DNA of 61,200 nt, the filler included, from Kipferlia bialata (Eukaryota): assembly GCA_003568945.1 (NCBI GenBank). It is 4 parts of 4 records of this genome, joined end to end, with 100 filler letters (N's around TTAATTAATTAA, not from the genome) between each part and the next. Parts side by side here need not be neighbours in the genome. Positions count along the whole stretch, not along the records: positions 1 to 21,917 come from BDIP01000311.1; positions 22,018 to 43,901 come from BDIP01000312.1; 2 more parts are not named here. One strand, 5' to 3'. This document shows positions 13,101 through 25,811 of the stretch, in pieces. The stretch's first letter is position 1. Every line of letters begins with the position of its first letter. The notes beneath the pieces were generated by a model. It was not told the DNA's origin, searched no databases, and saw only the letters and a list, made by a program, of their open reading frames with translations. Made by a program: the position numbers and the translations under genes.

Positions 13101-16100
13101 CAGGTCCAGCGAGTTCAATGGCCACCTGTAGCATCTCTGGTGAGAGGAAGAGCCGTGGCAGCACGTCTCTGTAGACAACCACCACAGCCAGACAGGCCTT
13201 GCCGGTGTGCCTAGGCGAGTAGGAGAGTCTCTCTCGGGGTGGAGCTATCACAAAGTATCTAGCCGGCATACTAGGCATTCCCTCCGGCACTACTGTTCTA
13301 GACCCTGGCTCTAGAGAAGGTAAGTCTAGCATCAGCATACCCACCCTATGCTCTGAGGGGTGAGTACTGTCTCTACCCAGGGGCACTCTCACTAGTGACT
13401 GGTCTAGCTCTGTGACGCTAGAGTATGCAGTACGGTCATCACTGCAGTATGGCAGTTCTCCCCCAGCTGACAGTGTCTGTGCTATGATGGCTAGCACTCT
13501 CTTGACATCCGGAGGTGCATCAAGTAGACCACTCAGCAACACCACACACCCATCTAAGAGGGCATTGGATACTCGATGGGCTAGGATAGATGCTGTGGTG
13601 CACTCAGCAACCGAGAGGAAGAGGGGAGTCCGACCAAGCAGGCGAGATACCTTATGTCAGTATGAGTAGTATGGTGAACACAGCACACACTGCTCTGGAG
13701 CATGTGGCGTCATCTCACCTGCATAACTAGTGTGTGTACTAGACTGCCGTGTGACTCTTGCTGACTGACCAGACCTATGGTGACACCTCTACATGCCAGT
13801 GAAACGATGATGTGGAGGGGGTACTCCCACACATTGGCATATGGGGAGACAGAGGCAGACCCAGATGCAGAGGGAGCACACCGGGATAGTTCCTATTGTC
13901 AATATGGTTGCAAATAGCAAGATCTGTGTAAACACACATATATATACATATACCCACACTAACCCTGTGTGTAGGCGCCCCACCCCATGCCATTGGGCAT
14001 GGCTGTAGATGGGCACCCAGGGCACTGACGCAGAAGGGGGCGTGTCGGGCCCAGTGCCACCTGGGTATCAGTATATAGGGTAACAGTATACCCACTTATG
14101 GTAATATACACGTGTCACTGTAGGATTAGCTCACCCAGCAGGTATATACCAGAATGTGATAAGAGAAAGTACTCTCTGATCGATACCTTCCCACGTGAAG
14201 TGCCGAGAATATCTTATGCCGTATCGAGTCCCTCTCTCCATCCACTGCATCTGTGAGTGACTCTCCAGTCTTATCTAGCCTGGCACTCTCTGCCTTGCCA
14301 CCCAGACACATATCTAGCCATACACACCCTTGCCAACTGAGGTGGGAAGAGGCAACACTTGTAGTTGTCGTATCAGTTGGGGTTGCTATCTGTTCCCTCA
14401 GGGTAGCAGCTGTCTCATGAGCCTCAGAGAGAGGACACGACCGCATCTCGGAGTGGATGTAGTAGCTGTGGTTAGGTACAGACGGTGCCTTACAGAGTCA
14501 TGGTATGGATGTACAGTGGAGTACCTCAGAGCCATGAGTTGTGCCTGGTACACATGCACTGTAGAGTCCCAGTATCCATCCATGTCCTTGGCCTCGAGTC
14601 TCTCTATAGCACTCTCCACCTGGCTGTACAGGGTCTCAGCCACAGCAGGTACCAAGGCACTGGGTAGAAGACCTAGATGGGCAGGAAGTGGCACGGGGTG
14701 ACACAGCCACAGACTCTGGACATGAGCAGGAATGTGATATACCACTGATGAATTACATACACTACCAGGTGGGGATGTGATATACCTCTGAGTAACCGGC
14801 CGTCTCGCTCTCTCCATCTCTATCTGTCCCTGATACCAGGCCTGTGACCTCCCACCCAGTAGGGCAGTCTGGTCTCTGTGTCCCTCTGCAGACATACCCA
14901 TCAATGTTGTACATGAGGTTGGGAACTTGTAACTGGGGTGTTAGGAGGGAGGTGAATTGTATTTGTATGTGTAGTGGTATCATTACGCTCTGGAGAACTG
15001 ACACTCACCGTGCACTCGTCCGTGCTACACTGCCCAAGAGCATGCCCCTGATCACCAGCAAGGGTCTGCTCAATGACCCAACCGGACACCGCAGAAGCCT
15101 ACCCATCAGAAAGAGCATATATCAGCTAGTTACAAAAGGAGACATCTCCAAGATAAGTCTAAGAATGGATATGGGCAGGCTCTATCCATACCAGAGGGAA
15201 GTGCCGGAGTGACCTCCCCTCCCCTTGGAGGGTAGAAAGGCTCCTAACCACAGGCGTCCGCTGGATACGATGCACAAGTGGGACGACAGCAGTGAGGATG
15301 CCCTCCAGTCTCTCCGCCAGGTCTGCGTCTAGTAGGATATCCAGCAGTCGCACCTTGGCTCTTCTAACCTGGTGTGAGGCATCATATGAGCACAGGGTGA
15401 GAAAGGTGAATGATATAGGAGTAGGACATACACCTATCTTGATTTAACGTACCAAGCTCCGTGTTAGCTGTTCCCACTTCCTGTTAGCCCTTTGATAGAT
15501 CCCACTCCCATCCAATGCAGAGAGCAACCTGGCTATGGACAGATAGTGCACAGCGTATGTCAGGAGACTCCCACAGTGGATGGAGTGGACCAGCTTGGCC
15601 TCGACCTTCCTGGCCTACGGGTTAGTACAGACTACGCTTCACTATACATATTGGTAAAACAATACGGCACACACTACATATATAGAGTAGAAACTATATA
15701 TATCACTCCGTATATAATACCATCGAGAGTGAACGGTAGTTAATTACACGGAATGCAGTCCTCATCCCTACCTGACACGTGATGGTGTCAGAGTACTTGG
15801 ATGCCACCTCTCTCTGCACATACAGCCTCATGACCCTGACACTCCCGAAGAAGGAGGGGGGGAGGGAGAAGGAAGAGGGGTCGGGGATGTCCATCTGGGG
15901 TGAGGGGGTGAAGGCAGATTGCTTGTATAAATTTATACATATACATACAATGGATAAGGGAACTCTCATTGGAAACCTCACCTTCCAAGAGTCCATGATG
16001 GCGCTGCACCTGTCCAGCTTATCTAGCACATATCCCTCCTCGAGAGCTCTGTCAAAAACGCTTGTCACCACATCGAGTCTCGTCATGATGCCCATGTCCA

Positions 16101-19100
16101 TCAGTTCCTTGACAGTCACCTTGGGGTCAGTTCATATGTATATGATGTATATGAACACATTCACAATTAATATCCCTGATAAGAGCGCCAGAAACCCATC
16201 ACAGGTAAGCACATATATATCCTACTTGTACTTACCGTGTCAAGTGATCCCAGCGGCATGCCAAGTGTTCTCTCCAGCTGTTGTAGATGCCTGATCTTGA
16301 GAGTGCCGCCCATCAGCACGGTCAGGATCTCAAGGCTAAGGTTAGAGGAGAACACTTCTGCTATATATATATACCTTGGACACTAAAAGATTGTTAGAGC
16401 AGATTATCACCCACCTAGGCCACAGGCCATTAGAACAGGAGGATAGATGTTCTCCAAAGGTGAAGTTTGGAGCATAGGACGCCTGAAATGCCTTGGACAT
16501 CCTCTCCTTGCAGGCTGAGACCTGCTCAACAAGCTGTGACAGGCAGGGGACATCGATGTCTAGAAGTGGGTATGTAGTAGACAGCATAGTGTATGTATGC
16601 GTGTGGAGATTACATCTGTGCAGACACTATTCTTATAAAGTGGTGATACAGACACTTCACATACCTGTCACCATGTCTGTATCTAGACTGTGCATCATGG
16701 TCTCTGTCCTGTGTACCAAGTCGGTACACTCTGCCAACAGGTGGATGTCCCCGGGGAGGTGGCCCTTATTGCCCAGGAGAGGCACAACTGTCTCGGTGTC
16801 GCCCAGGAGATCTACCCAGCCCTGAGGTGTAAGTACTACTATACTAATACACCAATGCATACTATGTGTGGTGTGTATACACACATACCTGTAGCACAGC
16901 TATACCGTGCTGGGTACGTGTGGTGACGTCTGAGAGCTCAGCACACACACGCCTGAGGGGTGAGAGTAAGTGATATACGCAGACCTTGAATGTAAATGAA
17001 TAGCAGTTGGTGAGAGTAATGTATGGACCTGATTTCGATGGTGCTCTGCTTCTCTGCCCTCTGGTAAGACTCAAAGATCCCATTGGTCTCGGTCTCCTCT
17101 GAGTAACTCTCTCTCTCAAGGCTCTTGCGGAGACCGGGCAGCACAATGAGCCCTGTCTCTCTCTCCCATGCATCTATGACCCCGGCAAGAGTGTTAACCA
17201 CGGCCAAATCATAACCATTTAGCTCATCTGCACCCCCTCTCTCCAGGTACTCCTCCACTCTCTCTAGACCAGGGTATGCATCTAACTGAGGCACCTCAAA
17301 TGGTGTGAAGAGACACGAGCTCTGCTCCTGTTCCTGAGGTGATGCCCAGCCATCTGTGAGGTCAGAGAGAGAGGTGTCTGTGAGCTGTGCCATCTGGTGC
17401 AGGGCATGCATCACTCTAGTGCATAGTGAACTAAGGGTAGAGGACAGGGCAGTGATCTGATGCCTGATGCGCTGCCTCGCTGCCACCTGTCTCTCTCTCA
17501 ATGTACCTAGCCTACTCGGCAGACCCTTAACTAGCACACCCAGTCTGATACTGTCCAGCTGGGACTGGATGGGTATGGGTACACACCTATCCAGCATGGC
17601 CAGAGAGTACTCTTCTACACTGGCAACAGCACTGCGCCACCTAGCCAGGTTACGCATCATGATGCCGGAGAGAGCCTCAGAGACTGATACGTCCTCAGGG
17701 GTATGTAATGGGGCGTCAGTGGCCTGTACCAGCTGGTGGCTCATGGACCATATGCAGGACACAGTGGAGACGAGCAGGGCCTTGTGGAGCTGGTGTGAGA
17801 AACACAATGCAAATACACCTGCGTTATGTATATATAGCTCAATACCATACCTCCACAGTAGTCTTCCTCTTTGCCTCATACACACCCTGCAGTGCAGTGC
17901 GCATAGGTTCCAGGTGGTACACCAGACCTGTTGTGTATGCCACTGGTATGTGCTGGTCCAGGAAGTGCTGGAAGGCATCAAGGCTCACCCACTCTGCATG
18001 GACAGGAGATGTACACAGCAGCCCAGACACTGCATTGAGACACGTTGTGAGTATGGTACCCCCATTGATGGGGGTGTATGAGGCCAGGTGGAAGTTGAGC
18101 CACTTGTGCATGGATGCTCTGGAGGTGAACCCAGTTGCACTGCTAAGGGTGGCAGAGTCCACCTGGATGTCCATGTTGGCCCTGTGGGTATGGATGGCAA
18201 GGATGGCCTGGGAGTGAGCAGAGCAACTACGCGGTATGAGAAGGTACTTACGCGGTCACACCTTGAGGTCAGGGATGGGCTCTGATATGTTGAGCACTGC
18301 CTCGTGTGTCACACTGTCTCTGACAGGCACCTCGCACACTAGGGTGGGCCTCTCATCCCCCTTCTCACCCAGGGTTAGATGGTCCTGGCACTCCCAAGTC
18401 TGGGGGTGAGGACAGTGGCGTAATACTCTAAACACTATGTATATAGACACTGCATGTCACGCACCTTGAACACTGTGACTAGCTCTGCCAGTGCCCTCTT
18501 CAGATCCTCCATGCCCTTGATGGAGGTGGGGGCAAACATGTGCTTCCCTCTCAGCCTCATGTGTCTGAATCTGGGTTAGTGATGTCCAATACACATAGAG
18601 AAGCACATCGACTATTATTTTCCTGGTTACATCTTTACACACATGACACCTACATACAAGTGACCAAGTAGTATTAGAATGTACCATATCACCATGACCG
18701 GCCTGCTCGAGTGTATAATATCCCCTTATTCATATACTATTCATCACCTCATCGAAACTGCAATGATACACGCATGTAAGAGTATATACAGTTGTCATGG
18801 TACCTCATCACCATTACCGGTCTCCTCGGGTACTGGGTCCCTCTCTCCAGCCATGACCCAGGCAGATAGGACCACAGAGACAGTGGGTCACCCCCAGTGG
18901 GTCTGGCCAGTAGTCTCCAGGGCGGTGTGTGGAATGATATGTCTGCCGAGTGGAGTGCCTTGTACTGGGATAGGGTGCTATACACAGAGACAGCGGCCTC
19001 AGCTAGGGTGGTTAGCACCATCATGTTTAGCACTCTCAGCAGTGCCCTGACCCTGGCTATGCGTGCCTTGCACTGTACCACCTCGGGGTCAGATGGACAG

Positions 19101-21909
19101 GCCTCGGCGGGGGAGGGGGAGCCTGTACCAGTAGGGGCAAAGAGACGCCTAAGGTCAGGATAGAGTATATACACAATCAGAGTATAGTGTAATCATACGT
19201 AGATCCTCACCTATACGCACTCCTATCCAGGGACAGTCTGAGCCCAGCCAGGAAGACCTGCACCATACCCTCCCTAACCACATCAGTGAGGATAGAGAGT
19301 ACGGATGCATGCCACTGCCTCACTGTAGCCGCAGAGTCTGCATCTGCCTCTGTCTGTGTAGCTGGTATAGGGATAGGTGACCGTGTAGCTAGGGGGTCTC
19401 TGGTGGGAGACAGCATGTCGTGTCTGAATGATACCAGAGCTGAAAGAACCTGCTCTCTGTTGTGCATGACGGCTAGAGGGGTGATGGAGGTGAGCAGTGT
19501 GCGTAAACCCTCGAGCATAGACACAAAGGATACCACGCGCAAGTATAGGCCAGGTACGTGTAGCACAAGGCGATCCTGTAACCAGGTCCTGCGCTTTGAG
19601 AGCTCCTCTACACCAATTCGCCAGCTGATATGAGTTGTAAGACTGTAACACTAAATATACGTATTGTCTGAGTGAGTAACAATGTACAGTGCCCCCCACC
19701 TCTCCTCGTCCTTGGGTATCGCCCAGTGTCTCCTGGACAGCCCTGTCCTACCCCCCGTGGGTGCCAAGGGAGCAGTGTCTACAGTAGACTCCACACAGCT
19801 GGCTATGAATGCAGTAACATCAGGCACAGGGGTAGAGGAGGAGACTCCTGCACGAGAGAGCACCCTGGCCCTGATGGCTAGTACTGTGGCATGGGGGCCT
19901 AGGGTGGGGGAGGGTGCATAGGAGCAGGCCTCTATGTCCCACTGGACAGGGTCAGACACACTGTCAGTGTCTGTGTTAGTGTCACTCCCTCCACTGTCAC
20001 TCCATGCATCCCCCCCTCCCCCCTCCCCCCATACTCCATCCCCCATTGCACTACCCACTCCCATGAGTGTCTCTGGCTGGAAGGTCTCAGGGACTACATA
20101 CCCAGCAGTGTCCCTCCTTAGCACCTCTCCCAGTGGCATAGAGGTGCACTCAGTAGCATCATCACTCTGCTCTATCTCTCTTATCCCTGTAGTCTCTGTC
20201 AAGAACACGCTAGCTCCTGAGGTACCTGAATCTCTAGTCTCTCTGTCCCTTACACAGTCCACACAGTCACACATATCCCTGTGCTCTATAGGTGTTAGCC
20301 CCTGTGTGCTGGGTGTGTCTGCTGAGAACCACCCAAAGGGGACACACACCCTCAGTCCCTGTGGGGTGCACACATACAGCAGCCCATGGGTGTAGTCTGC
20401 CCTGTACACAGAGGCTGGGGGTGAGACATTATCGACACATAGAATTACTATACATGTATATACACATACCAACCTTTGACCCATGGGGAACTCTCTTCCC
20501 TACCAGGTAGTCTACAGTACCCGGGGACACTCTCCGTGAGGTTGGTGTCCTCAATATTGGCAGGTGGCATCACCACGGGCCTCGTAGGGAGTGGTAGGTC
20601 CACATGGCAGGAGTCGACACTACATGTTCTATCTATCAGTGGGGCAGGCAGGGTAGTACCACCCCCAATGCTAGTGGACGGGTTCTCTGGACTCTGCATG
20701 GATAGACTACCATCAGGGGCTATGTGTATCACCTTGCCTACGGGTGTGGGCGTGTGGGAGGGAGGGACTGGGAGTCGCTGCTGGACCCTGGGCTTTCCCC
20801 TCTCACCCCTACCACCCTCCCTGTCATCTGATGGCCACTCATACCCACTATCACTCTGCTCTGTCGACTTGGTACCAGGGGTATACATATCTGACACCCT
20901 CCCCCTCCCAGGTGCCCCTGCTGTCCCTATCCGCCTACCCCCTTGCCTGCTAGTACTAGCCCCCTCACTGCGTCTGGTACTGGCCCCACTCCTCCTCCTC
21001 CCCTTAGTAGTATGCCTCCCCCTTAGTGGTGTTATAGGGTGTACAACAGGGACAGCAGACGATGACCTAGACAGTCTAGGTCTGTCTCTCAAAGGTGCTG
21101 TAGCTATGGGTCTCAGTGCACCAGGCACTTGTATCTTAGAGTGTCTGGATGTCTTGGCCCTTGTCACTGTATACACCCTATGTGGTAGCGCTACACTCCT
21201 AGGCAGTGCCCTGGGAACATGCAGGCGATACCCCACAGACCCACGCGTTGGGGCTCGGGTGTGGGGGCGAGAGTAGGACATGGGCGTGTCAGACTGCCTG
21301 TGTGCTGTATATGCAAATGGTGTGGATGTGAATATAGGGATTGAGGATGGGTCTCGGGAGCACCCGTCCCTGCCCCACCCCTCCAACATCTCTCTCCTCC
21401 ACTCTGGCTCTCTCTCTCTCTCTCCCTGACCCTCCATATCCGCGTCTTCCCTATAACCACCCAAGTACTCTGGGTATGTATCCATACAACCACGAGAAGG
21501 GGAGGGACGCCCGTTCCTGGCTGGAGGGAGAGCGGCTATGCGGCCATTGTCCCCAGGTATGGTGGAGCACACTCTAGAGAGGGGGAGAGTGTCTCTGCTA
21601 GGGTCTGGCGTGGTGGATAGACACCGTGGTATGCGGCCAATCTCTCTCTTGTCCCGCACAAAGCCACAGGCGGAGACACACCGCTGGCGCCTGAGGGTTG
21701 GGGATATAAATACATATATACAATATTGTCATGTATCGAATATATCAACACAGTTATCTCTCTACAAATCCATTGATACATATATATGTGCCTCCTGGAA
21801 GTGGGGGTGTGGGGAGACATGAAGAGTCATCTTGTAAGATGCAGATCTATACAATACCCATCTAGGTCTCTCGCTACTTTTAGAGTAGTAGGCGAGGGGG
21901 GGAGGCCTG
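1194..21909 (-). CDS. Highly divergent dynein heavy chain-like protein, many introns, probably 5' partial
   Basis: Dynein landmarks occur in the correct order. DHC_N2 linker LMGGTLKIRHLQQLERTLG..TVKELMDMG..VFDRALEEGYVLDKLD (~15960-16355). AAA1-like VGRYRWHW..VSRLLGRTPLFLSV..LLDGCVVLLSGLLDAPPDVKRVLAIIAQ (~13480-14190). AAA2 HIMLNSPMYCGKS (P-loop 11186-11209). AAA4-like VVRFDGGFEATCQSISKALQNKRDLILVS (~7030-7160). Stalk CC2 ESVLAKDRASLSRHWDRVEQ (~4450-4520). C-terminal VDVPVLYRGDRLGSVRLST..SYWAG, stop at 1194. Membership of exons 18450-21909 in this gene is inferred from strand and splice continuity. Confidence 0.75.
6077..6340 (-). repeat. 111-bp tandem repeat (about 2.3 units) of intron end, acceptor and exon 5' end
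   Basis: Copies start at 6110, 6221 and 6332 on the minus strand. All encode VLLEHGMHSH. Only the 6110 copy continues as an exon. Confidence 0.9.
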
Positions 21910-21917
21910 GGGTGGGG

Positions 21918-22017
21918 NNNNNNNNNNNNNNNNNNNNNNNNNNNNNNNNNNNNNNNNNNNNTTAATTAATTAANNNNNNNNNNNNNNNNNNNNNNNNNNN
22001 NNNNNNNNNNNNNNNNN
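21918..22017. other. Artificial contig linker
   Basis: 100-nt N block containing TTAATTAATTAA (stops in all six frames). Confidence 0.97.
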
Positions 22018-22136
22018 TCTTGTGCCGAAGCTAATCCCCCCCCCCCCCCCCCCCCCCCCCCATCTCTCTCACACACATACACTATCCACTCCCCTCACCC
22101 ATGCCCCAAGTATGTCATACCCATGTTCAGGCATCG

Positions 22137-22179
<43 letters not shown>

Positions 22180-22338
22180 CGTCTCACCCCAGTTCCCAGG
22201 AGTGGATTCTACCCTCTTTCCATGTCTCTCTCTCCCTCTCTCTCTCCCTCTCTCTCCCCTCACTCCAGTTCTCAGGTGTCGATGCTACCCTCTCTCTCTC
22301 TTTCTCTCTCCCCACTTCTTACTAGCCTCTCACTCCAG

Positions 22339-22498
22339 TTCTCAGGTGTCGGTGCCACTCTTGAGGAACAGCCCGACCTGCTACTTGTGTCCAGGTAGAT
22401 GATATGTTTATATATAGTAGTGAATAGTGGCGTGTATAGTACTCTTATAGTCTCCACCCTCGAGGTACAGACCTGCTACTAGTGTCAAGGTAGATGAG

Positions 22499-22531
<33 letters not shown>

Positions 22532-23147
22532 ACAGTATGTGGTACTCTAGAGTAGTGTGAGGAACAACTTGACCTGCTACTGGTGTCCAGGTACATATTG
22601 TTCTACCTCATATCCTTACTCTATCTATTGTCTCTCTCTCTCTCTACATATACACTCTCACCCCAGGGATGACGGGCCACAGACTGCCCCACAGCCCATG
22701 CCCATGGTATGTTCTCTCTCTCTCTCTCTCTCTCTCTATGCATAGTGTATTAATGTATAGTATATGTATACGTGTATTTAGTATATATATCTTGGATATG
22801 GACTGCCTCACTGCCCATGCCCATGGTAGATTGTCTCTCTCTCTGTATCTTTCTCGTTGTTCTTATGTAGAGTCACGACCCAGATTGCTGAATGAGGTAG
22901 CTGCTCTCTCTCTGTGTGTGTGTATATGTCTCTGCCTGACTCTAGGAAAAGAGGATGTATCTATTTTTCTCTATCTACATATTTTCCTATGCCTAATATA
23001 CCGACGCCTCTGTTTATCACCCTAGGTTGAGAGGCTGATGTCCCTCACTGCTGACTGGAGAGAGTACTACGAACTAGGAGGCACAAGAGAGGACATGGAT
23101 GGAAGGTATATACATGCATATATATGTATATATATAGAGAGAGAGAG

Positions 23148-23190
<43 letters not shown>

Positions 23191-23306
23191 TTATAGAGTT
23201 ATACTACGAACTGGGAGGCACCAGAGAGGACATGGATGGAAGGTATGTATATATATATATATCTATGTATATATATACATATATATATTGGGGAGAGAGA
23301 GACAGG

Positions 23307-23337
<31 letters not shown>

Positions 23338-23866
23338 GGAGAGACTTAGAGTACTATGAACTGGGAGGTACAAGAGAGGATATGGATAGAAGGTATATGC
23401 AGAGATGGATATATACTAGTTCATGTATACAGCTATACAATCAATCAAATTGACACTCACTCTGTAGATACACTAAGACCCTTGCCAGTGTGTTCCCTGT
23501 CCCTGTATGTATACATATATATATATCCCTCTCTCTCTCTCTCCCTCTTACTCACTCTTACTCTCTCTCTCTCCCTCTTACCATAGATATACCAAGACCC
23601 TTGCCAGTGTCTTCCCTGTCCCTGAGCACAGTGGGGTCAAGAGGAGACTACTGCTAGACGAGAAGAGGTATGTATACATTTACATAGATATATATGTATA
23701 TATATGCCCTTAGTATATATGTATAATATATGTGTTCCCTGTCCCTGAGCACAGTGGGGTCAAGAGGAGACTGCTACTAGACGAAAAGAGGTATGGATAC
23801 ATATATATATTATTATTATATATATACCCCTAGTATGTATATAGTATATGTGTAAGGGGCAGTCGG

Positions 23867-23907
<41 letters not shown>

Positions 23908-24097
23908 ACACCCTTATTGCAGGACTGCCAGACTGCGTCAGTCCCATCCCTCTATGGCCAAGAAGTCTCTCTCTCTCTCTCTCTCTCTACACCCATATCA
24001 CAGGACTGCTAGACTGCGTCAGTCCCATCCCTCCAATGCCAAGAAGTCTGTGTACAGGGGACTGGCTCTGCAGCCAGAGATTGTAAGCCAGGTATAT

Positions 24098-24130
<33 letters not shown>

Positions 24131-24627
24131 GTCTTATATATGTATAGTCTTATATAGTCTTATATATGTATAGTCAGAGAGAGACTGTGTATAGGGGACT
24201 GGCCCTACAGCCAGAGATTGTCAGTCAGGTATACACACACACACACATATATATATATATACAGTGTATACATATACACACTGCCAAGAAGTTTGTCTTT
24301 AGAGGACTGGCATTGCAGCCTGTGAGGTATATACAAATATATAGAGAGAGGGGCTGTGTATGAATGTATAGAGAGGCCGATGAATCCCGCACCACCCTCT
24401 CTCTCTGTGTGTACATAAATGTTCATGTGTTCGTATATGTATGTATGTATATGTACATTTATCTCTCTCTCTATATATATATATCTATATATACCTGACC
24501 CTTCAGTTCAAGGCCGATACCTCCCTCCCCACCCTCTCTCTCTCTCTCTCTCTCTATCTATGTATCTTCCGCTCTATATATACATCTATACCTAACCCCA
24601 TAGGTCATGGCCGACATCTCCCGCCCA

Positions 24628-24667
<40 letters not shown>

Positions 24668-25218
24668 CATGTATATCTAACTCCTCTAGGTGATGGCCGA
24701 TACCTCCCGCCCCACCCTGGCCGCAGCAGTCAAGGCGCAGGAGAACCAGGGTCTGCTAGAGGCACCACCGTACGTAGAACGTTAATTGATTCATTGATTG
24801 TTTATGATTGATTATAAAGATGTATATAGTTTGTCAAGGCACAGGAGAACCAGGGTCTGCTTGAGGCACCACCGTACGTACATATATACTTTCTCATATA
24901 TATATACTATTTATACTATATTACTCTCTCCATTGGGTTATCCATGTTGTGCACTCATTTCTAAATGTCCTCTCACCCCTAGACAGATTGACAACAATCT
25001 GCTCAAGACCACATTACTAACTGCTAACCTATATATAANNNNTTGACAACAATCTGCTCAAGACCACATTACTAACTGCTAACCTATATATAATAGGTCT
25101 CTCTCTCTATTGTGTATGGTATTGTGTATACTGGTTTCTATATGCTCCCTAACCCCCTAGGCAGATTGACAACAATCTGCTCAAGACCATTGCACAGGGA
25201 TTGACCAAGAAGCAGTGA
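22339..25218 (+). CDS. Hypothetical protein, C-terminal exons (5' partial)
   Basis: Exons at 22339-22394, 22667-22706, 23026-23105, 23587-23667, 24004-24091, 24690-24769 and 25161-25218 are phase-compatible: FSGVGATLEEQPDLLLVSR..VERLMSLTADWREYYELGG..YRGLALQPEIVSQ..QIDNNLLKTIAQGLTKKQ*. A micro-exon near 22870-22960 is possible. No family recognised. Confidence 0.65.
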
Positions 25219-25224
25219 GGGGGT

Positions 25225-25255
<31 letters not shown>

Positions 25256-25811
25256 GGACTGACCAAGAAGAGACACTAGAGGTAGATGGTGGAGAGAGAG
25301 AGAGCGGAGACGGCCCCAACCCATCTTGCAGTAGTCATGAGTTGAGGGTAGACGGTGTCTCGAGGAGAGATGGACGTGCATGTGTCCTGTGACCATCTTG
25401 CTTCCGTGTACATTGGCACTTCTATGAAGGAGACCAGGCTTGGTACCCCTGTTGGTACCCCTGTTGTTGGCTCTTATGTGTCTCCTGACCTCTGCCGGTC
25501 CCTAACTGTTGTAGATGGATCTACACCAGTCTAGATATCCTCTGCTATTCTCTCCACCCGTCCCCTTTCCTATTCATGTCTTGGTAGAGAGAGTGTGGGC
25601 AGCCTGGCTGATGGGGACAGTGTTTGTGTTGTCCATGGGAGAGACAGAACTGAGAGGAAGGGAGCACTCCGCTCAGGGTAGTTGGTGTAGTATTCATATT
25701 GGTGTGAATTGTGCTTATAAATGGATAGGATGCATGATGCAGTGTTACTGATATGGCGGTAGCTCTTAGCTTGAGTCTCTCTTTCTGATCTACGACTGAT
25801 GGAAGAGAGAG

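Noticed and set aside
1204..21276. Long + strand ORFs opposite the dynein gene (e.g. 17467-18081, 20476-21276)
   Set aside because: Antisense shadows. Splice signals and homology are on the minus strand.
21692..21820. Possible ATG at 21820 with a GC donor for the dynein gene
   Set aside because: A canonical GT donor near 21858 from an upstream exon gives the same phase, so the gene is more likely 5' partial.
21962..21973. TTAATTAATTAA palindrome inside the N runs (three times)
   Set aside because: Artificial six-frame stop linker. No synteny should be inferred across it.
22022..24680. Many ORF-track ORFs rich in YIYI, SLSL and ERER
   Set aside because: Translations of intronic (TA)n, (CT)n and (GA)n microsatellites.
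24988..25093. Perfect 51-nt direct repeat flanking a 4-N gap
   Set aside because: Typical unmerged contig overlap. One of the two copies is probably an artefact and was not counted as an echo.
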